A program made the translations under genes and the position numbers. From contig OZ374560.1 in assembly GCA_977862235.1 (NCBI GenBank), positions 1,116,001-1,180,000 of the forward strand: DNA of 64,000 bases, read 5' to 3'. Shown here piece by piece: positions 1-11,200 of the stretch. A model generated the notes under the pieces. It did not search any database. It saw only the letters and a program-made list of their open reading frames with translations, and was not told where the DNA came from. This DNA comes from Dudresnaya verticillata. Its lineage: Eukaryota. Numbering within the stretch: the first letter of the stretch is position 1; the number at the start of each line of letters is the position of its first letter.

Positions 1-650
1 AACAAAGTGCAAGCGACGGCCGATTTTATGTACGATGTCTCAAAGGAATTATTGTCGCATGCTGCGACGCTTGCGATAAGAGATGGTCGACAAGAAGCTG
101 CGGAGAGGGAGCCATTGCCGCTTCGCGAGGCAGAGAGGCTGAAAGAGATGGCAAAGGCACGGAAACGAAGGCGCTTGCATTTTTCAATAGCGCAGATGGC
201 GTAAAGCTCCGTCAAGTGGTTTCGGGACATACGCCAAAGCAAGGACAGGTTTTGTACTGTGTGATGTGTGGGCAGAATGAGGGTCCCTGGAGGGGACATC
301 GTTCCTCCTACGGATGCCCGGTTTGCAGCGTGCAGCTCTGTATTCGGACGTATCCCGGCTTGCGCAAGAGCTGTTGGAGTCTTTGGCACAGTAACACGGT
401 TTTAAAGCACAGACAAACGCCACGAATCACGGGAAATTCTCCAGTTGCTGACGATAATGAAGACGGGAGAATTGCGGGGGCTGGCGACAAGGTGGTGACC
501 ACAGTGAGCACTCCCGCAAGTACACCAGCGCGAAGTCCGGAAACCCCACGAAGAGCCTCTAAGCGGCTTTTATCGAGAAGCACTCCAGCGACACCGCAGG
601 ATCGAGTAGGCCCTACCCAGCAACCTCAACGAAAGCAGAGTAGAAGGTAA
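1..650 (+). pseudogene. piggyBac-like transposase, C-terminal remnant with Cys-rich domain
   Basis: ORF 216-650 contains YCVMC...HRSSYGCPVCSVQLC...SCWSLWH, the Cys/His pattern of the piggyBac C-terminal domain. The upstream part (7-204) ends in a stop and is in a different frame. The catalytic domain would lie left of the window. Confidence 0.7.
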
Positions 651-1531
651 AGGCGTGTCTATCGTGAAGTTGCGTTGCACTTTTCATGTTTGGCGTCCCC
701 GGTTTAGTCACTGTATCGATCCCTATACTGATCAAAAGCCCTTTTTTACACATTCCAAAACGTGCCCAGTGACCCAAGTTCCTGGGCTTGTTGTGCGACT
801 CCTATTGCATCTCTGCTGGTGAAATTCTGTAATGAGGACGGGACAAACATGGTCTGTGCCAATGTGTGATCAGAATTGGCAAGTCTCCTGATGCGCCGAA
901 CTAGGGCGTTCTCCAGTAAACGGATCACTATACCGATCGATAAATAATGGCATTAGGGATATCTCTAATGTCGCAAGAGAGTTTTGTAAGTACACTGGCA
1001 TCGGCAACATAGGCAACACAGGAAGCCAGCTAGATTTGGTGTAGGAATATTAGTCCTTCCCAGGGATGCATTCTGAGTACCTGAGATGAAACATCATAGA
1101 AGCATCTGATTGAAGAATCAAGGCTCGAGCTTGAGTACAACTCGAAAGGAGAGAGCGAGTGGTAATAGTCGAGAAGTGAAAAAGTCAAATGGTTTAGCCC
1201 CACGCGTTCTCTAAAGCGAAAACGCCTCCCTAAGCTTGTGCTTAATAGGGGCAGGCGGAAGCAACATGTTGAGCCACTGAGGAATACATGTGTGACGCCC
1301 AGCACCTCATCTCTTCGTCAACAGTGTGCACGAATACTGTAAGCCGTTGCTCAGCTCTGAAAAGTGAAAGGTACACCCTGTCCCATGCGCCACAAGCGTG
1401 GAAGGCGATGCAACGGGCTCTTGATCAAGGGGGAGACCCCGGAACCGTCAGCCAGAAGAGGAGGACTGGAAGGGGAAAAGACGAAGACTGTTCACAAGAC
1501 CAACTACGTTCTGTGGTGATTTCTCGAGGTC

Positions 1532-1583
1532 TGTGAATCCGTGGAGCTAGCGACGCGGTGGGCAACGCGAATTTCTTGACTGT
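1532..1583 (-). repeat. Terminal fragment of the LTR of Gypsy element B (probable 3' LTR, cut by insertion of A)
   Basis: tgtgaatccgtggagctagcgacgcggtgggcaacgcgaatttcttgact closely matches the sequence from 21282 (tgtgaattcctggggctagcgacgccgtgggcaacccggatttcttgact). It stops exactly where LTR A begins. Confidence 0.75.
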
Positions 1584-2149
1584 TGTGGTGCAAGACCCCG
1601 GGGAGAAGCCCCGTTTTTATATCGCTACACCCGCTTGCGCGGTGAGCGGACGACGGCATAAAGGGGGTGCCCAAAATCGAAACGCTGCGGTAACTCTGAA
1701 AACATAAAGTCTCGATATTTGTTAAGGGATTTTTGCGTCTCACAACGAAACAGTTGCCTTTCAACCAATAATCCGGCCGAACGCGTGGATGAAAGTGGAA
1801 ACTGACTTTGTGGCCACAGTTTGACTGCGCGCCTTTTCTTTTGGCGGGGGCGGGCTTTTCAAGTTCGAAGACCCATTTGGCATGTCACCGCGATGCAAAT
1901 ACCGCGCCGATAGGGGCATCACCGATGCAAGCTCAGCTCTCCCAAACAGCAGATGAAAACCTTCGTTCATCTCTAAGCCATGGTAGCTACGCGAAACGCC
2001 CCATGATAATCTCGACTCAACGCTGCCATCCGAGCAGTCAAGCCTGGCACAACTTACCGCCAAGCCGCCGCTGCTTTTCAATTCAGCCTGGCAACCCTTC
2101 ATCAATGTATCCACGCACCGCAATTTATAGCAATTCGAGAGGGAAGGAA

Positions 2150-4436
2150 GCATGCCCCCAAGCCTCCTGAAGAAGATTTAGTTGTGACTTCCTTCTTCGG
2201 TTTGCCGGTTATGGCATTCCAATCAATCAACTGCACTTGAGGCAGGGCGTGGAAATTGTCGTAGGGGGTATATCACCTGCGCGCCGACTAGTTCTCCCGT
2301 TTAGCAGGTTCAGTACCGGCCAGGCTTTCCTCCGCACTGTTCGCCGCAGACACGCCCATAAGGTGTCATTCGTCAACCCGTTTCGTCAGGAGGCCAAACG
2401 CTTCACTTCTGTGAATGGCGAATCTATGGCATCGCACTTTGCCACCCTTCAGCGCTTAATCGACGAACACGGCCTCAACAAAGATCGCGTCTTTAACTTA
2501 TGAATTCAAGAAAATAGACCGCATTAGAACTATGGCCATTGTCTGCACTAACGGAAACAGCGCTTCGCGGTTTTTTGTGTTTAAAAGGCAGCGCGTACCG
2601 TTCCGGACCGTACACTGGGGAAATGCAGCGCTCGAGGAAACGTCCGCATGCAAACTCCGTCACGGAGCTGTTCGTGCACTGCCCTAAGAAAATTGTAGTA
2701 TGGATTCGGTTAACTTTATAAGCTGGGGGCTCGAAATCATCGCCTACGTCCGCACTCTTACATTAACACTAACGGGAAAGGTACTCCTAATTTATGACGG
2801 TTACATAGCACACTTTTCCCTGCAAGTTTTGGAGCTGTTCCACGAAAACGACATAATTGTGAACGCACTTCCTGATCATACTTCTGGCAAAACACAACCC
2901 CTGGATGCCGAGCTGTTTTCTGCTTTTAAGACAGAGAAACCATGCGTTGTGCAATTGCATGCAGCCGGCGGCTAACCATGTGCTAGACGTTTTCGACCTT
3001 TGCGCACTTCTCCGGGAGGCTTACTATGCGTTGTTTACGAGATCTAATGTGAAAGCCAGCTTCCGTCGTTGTGGTGCAAGGGGGGCGAGCCCGTTTTTCG
3101 CTGAAAGCGGAGCGACAAATACGACCGACGGAGAAACCGGCACCGGCGCTCACCGCCGCCGTTGACGCACGAACACGTCATCGACGGCTCACTGGGGCGC
3201 ATGCACACGTTGCGCGCCGCGCGTCATGCGGGCACTATACGGTGATGGGCCGATATGGCGCCCCGGGGTACTGTAACACGGATCTAGATGTGATCCGGAT
3301 CCGGTATCCAGATTGGCTATCTGGATCGCCTACGCTGTAATGTACACGCCTATAAGGCTGCGAGTGTTCGCATTGCTGGCCCGGATCGGGACTGGGATCA
3401 GGATCGGACAAGTATTGGATTAGATCAAGGGCGCACGCTCTAAAGTACGCGCGCGCGCACGGCTGTAAGGCGCACGCGTCCACGTGTGTGTGTAAGCTCC
3501 CACGCAGGGGGTTGCGCGGCAACCTGTTAGGCGCGCGGCTGCATACGATGGGCAATCAGTCAGACGCGCCTCGGGACGACACGTGTCCCGAGTTCCCGCG
3601 CTGCGTACCCGCGCCGCCGCCGCCACACCGTCGCGCTATATTTAGGTAAGCCGTCCCAGACGTAGCAGTAAACGCCTGGACAGGCCGGCCTTGGTCCAGA
3701 CTTCCCCGTTCCGCACGCCCGTACCCTTCGCTGCCGCTGCCCGCGGCCTAAGCGTCTACCTCCCGTGCTTCTACGTCCATTACCGTCGCAGACGTTTCTT
3801 CCTTTGGGTTTCCTTTGTTCCCCTTTCTTCCGCCTTGGGCGTTTACAGTCCGCCCCTGGCGTATTCTAAGCTCTACCACCTACCGTCTCTAGACGTGCTA
3901 CCCACCGGACTCCCGAACGGTCCGGCGGTGCCCGTCAACGACGTTTGCACCACAGTCGTGCTAGAATCTGGCCTTTTGATCCCAGCAGGTTACTGAGTGT
4001 ACCTCGGCCGGAGACGAATAGCCCTACAGCCCTTATTAGCACTGTCGAAGAGCTCGAGGCTGCCTTTGTCAAGAAAACGAACGAGCTGCGCACAGCGATC
4101 GTCGGATCGGATGCAGTGATTGGCCCTAGTGGCTATGTGGACACTAGCAATGGCTGCGTGATGACGGCACATATCGTTCTTCAGCTTGTCCGTGAAAAAC
4201 AACGCGCTTACGCCCGCAAAAAGGCTGCGGAAGAGATAAAGAGGGCCAGCGAAGAGGCCAGGGAAAAGGCCGCGGCATCGGCGCTTGCGAAACTAGTGCG
4301 CACTGAGCGAATAAAGCGCATGGCCGCGCTTGCGAGGAAGCCCGTTGGGGAGTTTGCAGCGGGCATTCGCAGCTTCGAACAACGTCGCGCCGCTGCTCGC
4401 GTCCGTGCGAGGGCGTCCGGGAATGACGTGGAGTAG
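2150..4436 (+). pseudogene. DDE_1 (CENP-B/pogo-type) transposase, fragmented and interrupted by a solo LTR
   Basis: Fragments LIDEHGLNKDRVFNL, LLIYDGYIAH...LPDHTSGKTQPLD and NVKASFRR|ARIWPFDP match the pogo motifs N.DE, LL..DG..SH, LP.HTS...QPLD and F...GI.P. The start coordinate is approximate. Confidence 0.85.
3070..3954 (+). mobile_element. Solo LTR (Gypsy, family of element D)
   Basis: TGTGGTGCAA...TTGCACCACA termini, perfect TSD GTCGT (3065-3069 and 3955-3959), alignable along its length to 8800-9702. Confidence 0.95.
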
Positions 4437-5485
4437 TAAATTTGTTTCAAATGCGTGCGTAATTATCGGGCCACGGCGTGAAGATGTTCGATCTTTAGCA
4501 CTGCTTGAGGACAAAATTGTGCCTCACGACTGCCCTAACGTATCTTTTTGTAGTTCTGCGGGAAATAAAGCGCGCCGTACAATATTCGCTGAGTGAATAA
4601 AGCACTCCGCGAGTTTCCTGGTCGCTCCCGAAAGGTCCAAAACGGGCTATTGGTTGCTGAGTTATGGGAGAGCGCACAAAATCTGTTCCATATTTGCCGC
4701 ACCCCCCCCCCCTTTACGCGGATCAACCGCGAACAGAGCATACGCCGATAACCGGCGGGTTGACGGGGCCTGTGCGCGTATGCTGCGTGCGCGAGATCCG
4801 GCCAATGGGTAACGCGCCCTTGGCACGGCGCGCGCGCGCGCCCGTACAGTACGCGCCGACAGCACACATGGGTGACACGCATCCACGTGTACACGCGCGA
4901 CACGCGCGCCGAATATATCCGAGGAAATCCTCGCTCGGGTTCGCGCCAGCAATGCGCACCCTTAGTTTACACTGATTTACAGTGCGATAGTAGTATTTCT
5001 ACGCTAGTTATTTTGCGCGATATTTTAGTCAGCTCGTGGTTCGCGCGCATGCCAAGTGTCAGGCGCACGGCACCACACACGCGCGCGCACCTCCCGCGGG
5101 GGATACTTAGTATATGGGGTGAACCCCCTTGACAATAAAGCGCCAAGCTGGCTTAGGGCCAGGAGGATACCCCCAACTTCGCTCTCGGTGACAACACCGT
5201 GTGCGACCTGGGCCTACGTACCCTGTTTCGTTGCCTGTCTTCACTGCCTTTACCGGCGTAACCGCCTTCATCGCTCTACTTACACTACAGCACTTCTACG
5301 TGACTCGGGACATTACAGTCGACCCTGGCCACGTCTCAACCACCCGGGGCACATCTCGTGTCCTGGCTGCTCTACCGCCCTGCCAACGCTCGCCTCACCG
5401 CGTGGCGTTTTGCTACCACTCAGCGGGAGACCGCGCGAACATGGAAGGGGCAATCCCCGTTGTTTTCGGGTGTTGCACCACAAAG

Positions 5486-5506
5486 TGGTAGGTCTCCGGA
5501 CCTAGA
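5486..5506 (+). promoter_or_regulatory. Primer-binding-site-like sequence of element A
   Basis: tggtaggtctccggacctaga starts 3 nt after the LTR end. A related tggtctcccgacctagaa follows the LTR of element D. Confidence 0.6.
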
Positions 5507-5893
5507 AGTTTTCTTCAGCCAATCTAGAGGTTTATCTCGTTCTCATCCTATTAAGATCCCACGGAGAACCCTCGGGAATTCCCACGAGGTTCAGGTACCT
5601 ACCGCCCGTGGAATTCCACTTCTCCCCTAACTTCGAAAGCGAGGAAGACCTCGTCTACGACCATAACGGTCCCCATCACGCGCTCACGCGTGCTAGAAGA
5701 GCGCCGGGTTAGTCCCGAAATTGGTGACGACTTTGGGGGCACTCGACGGATACACGTCGTTTGGATGTGTCCGCGGTACAACCGCCTCCGCCGTTTCCGC
5801 CGCCACCAACGGATATAACCTCCGAGACTCAACCGCCGCAGGTTTCCGCGCGTAGCGCTTCCTACCCGGCCGCCAATACTGGCGCGCGGAGCG

Positions 5894-8150
5894 GTGCTGG
5901 ACCGTCGCAAGCGCCTCCCGAAGATAGTACCTCGTTTCCAACACAAGTCGTTCTGGAGAACGCTCCGTCGGGCGAGCCCTCACACGAAGAGGTGCCTTCT
6001 GACCCAGTACCCCCAACACCGGTGTCTAACACCGTCCCAATTCCGACCCCGACTGGCGCTTTTGTGCAGTCTGGGGCCGCTTTTTCCGCGAGCGGCGATC
6101 CGCGCCGTGTGCATCAACGAGGACCAAAACCTCGCGTCGCGACTTTCGCGACAAATCGCGGGTTTGCAGGCGTCACTCGACGCAGCAATTCGCGATGCGG
6201 CTGACCGCGTGACCCTTCTAGAGGTCGGTTTCGACGCATTGGTCGTCAAGGTCAATGCCCTATATCGAGGAGTCACGGAAGGCCGTGCCGGTACTGCAGA
6301 GCCCACCCTCGCGGGTGACCTCCGTGTCCTACGCGCGGACGTGAACGCACTGCTCGAAAACCGCGGTGAACCGCGTCAGGCTGGGGCTGCCCCCGAAGAG
6401 GATAGATTCGCTCGAGTTTCCGCTCGCCTCGCCCGACTGGAAGACCAGGCTTACAAGTGCGCGGTAGGACGCTCCTGTGACGGTGATAAACACCGAGGTT
6501 ACCACGCTGGGGATTACCCCGATAATGACGAGACTCCCGAAGTTGAAATCGTGGAGTCTCGTAAGGGGAAAGCGCCGAAAACAGAGCCCCGAAGCTCACG
6601 CCGTGAACGGCGTGAACGCTGCAAGCGCGACCGCAAGCGCAAAAAGAAGGAAACCCGGCGTCGTCGCCGTGGTGATCCCGAGGATAGTGATCCCTCTTCG
6701 TCCTCTTCGTCTTATTAATCATCGACGTCAACGTACAGTTCGTCCGAGTCAGATTCAAGCAGCAAGGGCGACATCGCGCCCCGGGGTAACCGCCGTTCCA
6801 AACAGGGTTCGAAGTATCGGTCCCTCAAAGAACTTAAGCCGACGGACCCGCGCTTTGACAAGCTTCTGTCATACCGCCGTTATCGGCTTCAGAAAACGTC
6901 CCAAAAGCGAATAGGACGCGAAACGGGGAAGATCCGCGATCAGATACGCCGATTGGAACTGACAATGAGGGATAATACCTTTACCGGGGAAGACCCCGTT
7001 ATGCTTCTCGAGTTCTTAGCCCGCTTCGTAGATGAGGTGGACACCCTCGAGATGTCAGAAGACCAAGCCCTTCTGGCTGTGGGCTACTTTCCACGCGGAA
7101 ATGCCCCTTCGCTTTTCCGCTCAGCCAATTCATCGCCTTCCAATGCATCCGGAGGCATCTCCGCCCGGCCCGAAGAAATTAACTACGGCTACGGACCTAC
7201 GCGACACGGAACGCGATTCTCGAAGCTACTCTCGCACTTCGTTCTACATGCCAATATCAGGCCGAGAAAGAAGCCGATTACGGCGAGAGGTTAAGTAAGG
7301 CGTGCAGTCGCTGCGGGAACGCTTACCCGATGTGGGAGAAGATGACCATCTTTATTGATGAGCTAGACCCGGTTATTCGCTCACTGGTACCACGTTATCG
7401 AGAGGGAACACCTCGTGACGAGTTGTCTTTTGAACGTCTTGTGCAGTATGTACAAGACGAAGGTGACGCATACCGGGCAAGGCTGGGCCTCCCCAGGAAT
7501 AGAGCTCCACTCTTGACGGTATCAAACCGTCAGGAGAATAACCGGGGTCGTCCCCGCTCAACGGTGCTACTCGCGGAATCATCCGTGGAATTCCGCAATA
7601 GGAGCATCGGCGCTCGTCAAGAGCAAGAGGAGTCCGACGGTGAACTTCACCTGTTCCAATCGGACGCATCGGTGTCGACGACGGACGTACCAACGGACAC
7701 GATTTCCGAGGAAGCCGACCCCGCACTAGCCTTCTATCAACGGGGTGGACCCCCTCGTAACATCCCAGCCCTGCGCATTCCGTATCAGGAACACGCGCGG
7801 CACCTCACACAAGCGCAACCGGGATGGAAAGACCGCGGACCGATCTGCACAAGAGACAGGAATGCGCCTCGACCGCAGATCATCCGATTCACGTGCTACG
7901 CGAGGAATCATCTTTCGACTGAGTTCGTTCACCCCTTTTAGCGACCCCGAGTCGGTGGTCCGCAACTTCGAGCCGCTGACGCCGGAAGAACAAGCGCTAG
8001 TCCGCCGCGATTTGTACGCCCAATCTGTCGAACTTGTCGTAATACGACGTCGTCAAGCAGGGGGCTGAACCCCGCCCTCAAAGCACAGAGCGACACCCAC
8101 AGGTGTTACGTCGCGGGGACACCGCAGCTAACCGCGTCCAGGGAAACTAA
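5894..8150 (+). pseudogene. gag: gag of element A
   Basis: Coiled-coil N-terminal part, capsid-like FTGEDPVMLLEFLARF, degenerate knuckle (FTCYARNHLSTE), terminal QVLRR...VQGN* at 8150. Several stops and frameshifts. Confidence 0.75.
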
Positions 8151-8223
8151 GTGTGGTTCCTGGCCCCATGGTTGGAGAGTCCCTCGATTCGTCGTCGACC
8201 GACGGGACTCGGGGCGAGGAACC
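8141..8223 (+). promoter_or_regulatory. -1 programmed ribosomal frameshift signal (gag-pol)
   Basis: Slippery heptamer G GGA AAC (8141-8147) directly before the gag stop TAA. A 7-nt spacer is followed by stem ggttcctggcccc/ggggcgaggaacc with inner gagtccc/gggactc. The -1 frame is open (KLSVVPGPM...). Confidence 0.8.
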
Positions 8224-11200
8224 CAGCCATTTACCGGGGATATCCCCGCAGATGTCCACCGACGGACATCTCCGACGCGGAAAAACCTCGAAGAACTGCC
8301 CCATTGCGCCGCCCGTGGCACAGCGTGCGGTAGCGTCGAGATACCTACGAATTTTGTGTACTCGCGAAGAGTAACTTCAAGGTATATGCCGAAATCGGCG
8401 CAAGAATGGGCCTGCTCACTCGGAAGTTGAGCGTTCTCGACACGAGTGCAGGACCCAATTTCATTCGGAAGTCGGAACTTGCACAGGAGATGAACTTCAA
8501 AATCAAGGCCGTGGCCCTATCAACGATCGCAGACGCGAACGACAAGTCGATATCGACGCTAGGCATAATCGGACTTATCGTCCGCCTCGGTCCCCGCGTC
8601 GTTAAGCTCGACTTCATCGTGTGTGAGCGGTTGGCCGCCCCAGTCATTCTGGATTGCGATTTCTGCGACAGGTTTGTCAAGGACATTTTCGCTCGTACTA
8701 AGGAAGTTGAACTCGACGATGGAACACGGGTACCAATAACCCGACGGCCGATGAAGCGCCCTCCATCCTCCGCGCCGTTACCGGCAGCTCAAGAGTTCGT
8801 GTGGTGCAAGGGGAGGTGAGCCCTTTTTCGGTGAAAGCGGGCAGCAAGAAATACGTCGACCGACGGAAGAAACCGCCACCGGCGCTCACCACCGCCGTTG
8901 GCGCGCGAACACGTCATCGACGGCTCACTGGGGCGCGCGTGCACACTGCGCGCCGCGCGTCACGCAGGCACTGTACGGTGATGGGCCGACATGGCGCCCC
9001 GGGGCACTGTAATACGGATCCAGATGGGATCCGGATCCGGTATCCAGATTGGCTATCTGGATCGCCTGAGCTGCGAGATACGCGCCTGTAAGGCTGCGGG
9101 TGTTCGCATTGCTGGCCCGATCCGGATGGGATCGGGATCGGACAAGTATCGGATTAGATCTAAGGCGCACGCTCTACAGTACGCGCGCGCGTACGGCTGT
9201 AAGGCACACGCGTCCACGTGTGTGTGTAAGCACCCACACAGGGGGTTGCACGGCAACCTGTCAGGCGCGCGGCTGCATGCGATGGGTGATCTGTCAGACG
9301 CGCCTCGGGACGACACGTGTCCCGAGTTCCCGCGCTACGCACACGCACCGCCGCCGCCGCACCGCCGTACTATACTTAGGTAAGCCGTCCCAGACGTAGC
9401 AGTAAACGCCCGGGCAAGCCGGCCTTGGTCCAGACTTCCTCGTTCCGCACGCGCGTATCCTACCGCTTCCTACGGCTCAAGCGTCTACCTCCCATGCTTC
9501 CACGTCTATCCCCGTCCTTGACGTGTTTCCTTTCTGTTCCCTTTTCCCTTCCTTTCCGCCTCGGGCGTTTACAGTCCGCCCAAGGCGTGTCCTCTGCTCT
9601 GCCACAAGCCGCCCAAGGCGAGGCTACTCACCGCCGCGGGCGCAGCTACCCACCGAGCCCCGAACTGCTCGGCGGTATACCGTCAAAGACGTTTGCACCA
9701 CAGTTCGGTACAACCGGGGGACGATCCTCGCAGGAGTACGTGTGGCTTTGAAGACCACCCCTCCTGCGCAATTGCAGACGCGGGTTACTGTCACTACGGG
9801 TCGGGCTGGAGTCGTTTGCCTCCAAACCCAGTAACACGCCGTACGAACGACAGGGTGTCATTGCTACGAATGGTATTGCCGAGGTCGAACCCTCTAGTCC
9901 ATTTAGGATTCTACACCAACTTCTCGCGTCAGCCGCAGACACTGGTAAAGGGGCAAGTCGTAGCGATGGCGCTTCCGCGCCCCACAGCAATCATACCGAG
10001 TCATCTACAGCTCGCGGATGTGCTGGGGTTGACGGAAGTCGCCGAAGACTCCGAACCAGGGACCTCCCCGCAGACAGAAGTACGAGAAGGGGACACCCCC
10101 GAGAAACCCCCAACGGTCGAGGACCTTGACCTCTCGCACCTGTCACTGGCGCATCAGGTACGCATGAGGGAACTCCTCGGAAAATAGTCATCTATGTGGG
10201 ACGGCCAATTGGGTGAAATTAGCACTACCGAACACTACATCGATTTGCTTCCCGGGTCGCGCCCCTTTCCGTCGCTGCCGTACCGCACCGGTCCGAAACA
10301 GCGCGAGTTGGAACAAACAGAAGTTGAGCGGATGCTCCGTGCCGGGGTTACCGAACCCACACAGTCGCCTTGGGCCTCCCCAGTTGTGTTGGCGCAGAAG
10401 AAGGATGGCACCTTGCGATTTTGCGTCGACAACCGACGGTTGAACACCCTCACGGTGCACGACACCTACCCGCTTCTGCGGATGGATGCGTGCAACGACT
10501 CGCTCGGGGACGCGTAGGTATTCACGACGTTGGACTGCAATTCAGGGTATTGTCAGGTCCCTGTGGCTCCTCGAGACCGTGACAAGACCACGTTCACTTG
10601 CCACACGGGTTTGTTCCGCTACCATCGTATGCCCTTCGGGCTTACCAACGCGCCCGCTACATCTCAGCGTACATTGAGATATACTCCTGTCGGGAGTCAA
10701 GTGGAGGACGTTCCTCGTTTATCGAGACGATGTGATCATCTATTCGCGTGACATCGAGTCGCACTACCAACACGTTGAGGAAATCCTCGCTACACTGCAG
10801 AAAGCAGGGGTGACCCTGAAGCTCAAGAAATATGACTTCTTTACGGATACAGTCACCTACCTCGGGCAAGTCATCAGACCCGGTCAACTACCCGTTGACC
10901 AAACCGCGGTCGCCGCATTACACGAGGCACAACATCCTCGAAACCAAACGGAGTTGCGCTCCTTCCTGCGTTTTTGTAATGTCTACTGGTGTTTTGTCCC
11001 CGACTACGCACACGTGGCTGCTCTACTTAACAAGTTGCTTAAGAAGGATCAGCCGGTGAAATTGGAACCCTTCGGCGTTGCAGAAGACACGGTGTTCCGC
11101 ACACACATCAAGGCGGTGATCAAACCACTACTTTTCGGCTTTCCCAAGCCGGGGCTCGCATATTCCGTCGACACCGACGCCAGTCAGTATCAGGTAGGAT

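Larger units (their letters stand above)
1661..4714 (+). mobile_element. Tc1/mariner-superfamily pogo/Fot1-like DNA transposon
   Basis: TA duplicated at 1659-1660 and 4715-4716. Imperfect TIRs aagggggtgcccaaaat and atttgccgcacccc...cctt. Encodes a DDE_1 transposase remnant. Confidence 0.9.
1584..5482 (+). repeat. 5' LTR of element A (1584-1660 plus 4717-5482), split by a pogo-type transposon
   Basis: 1584-1660 joined to 4717 onward (ggcata|cgcggatcaaccgcgaac) reproduces the uninterrupted 3' LTR start at 17781-17879. It ends in TTGCACCACA at 5482. Confidence 0.9.

Noticed and set aside
650..1530. piggyBac right TIR with TTAA target
   Set aside because: No clean AGGG-TTAA end found and the left end is outside the window.
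3071..3996. Similar ORFs repeated in LTR copies (for example 3071-3340 vs 8801-9091 and 3691-3996 vs 9425-9751)
   Set aside because: These are chance frames in GC-rich LTR DNA. They diverge by frameshifts between copies and have no domain.
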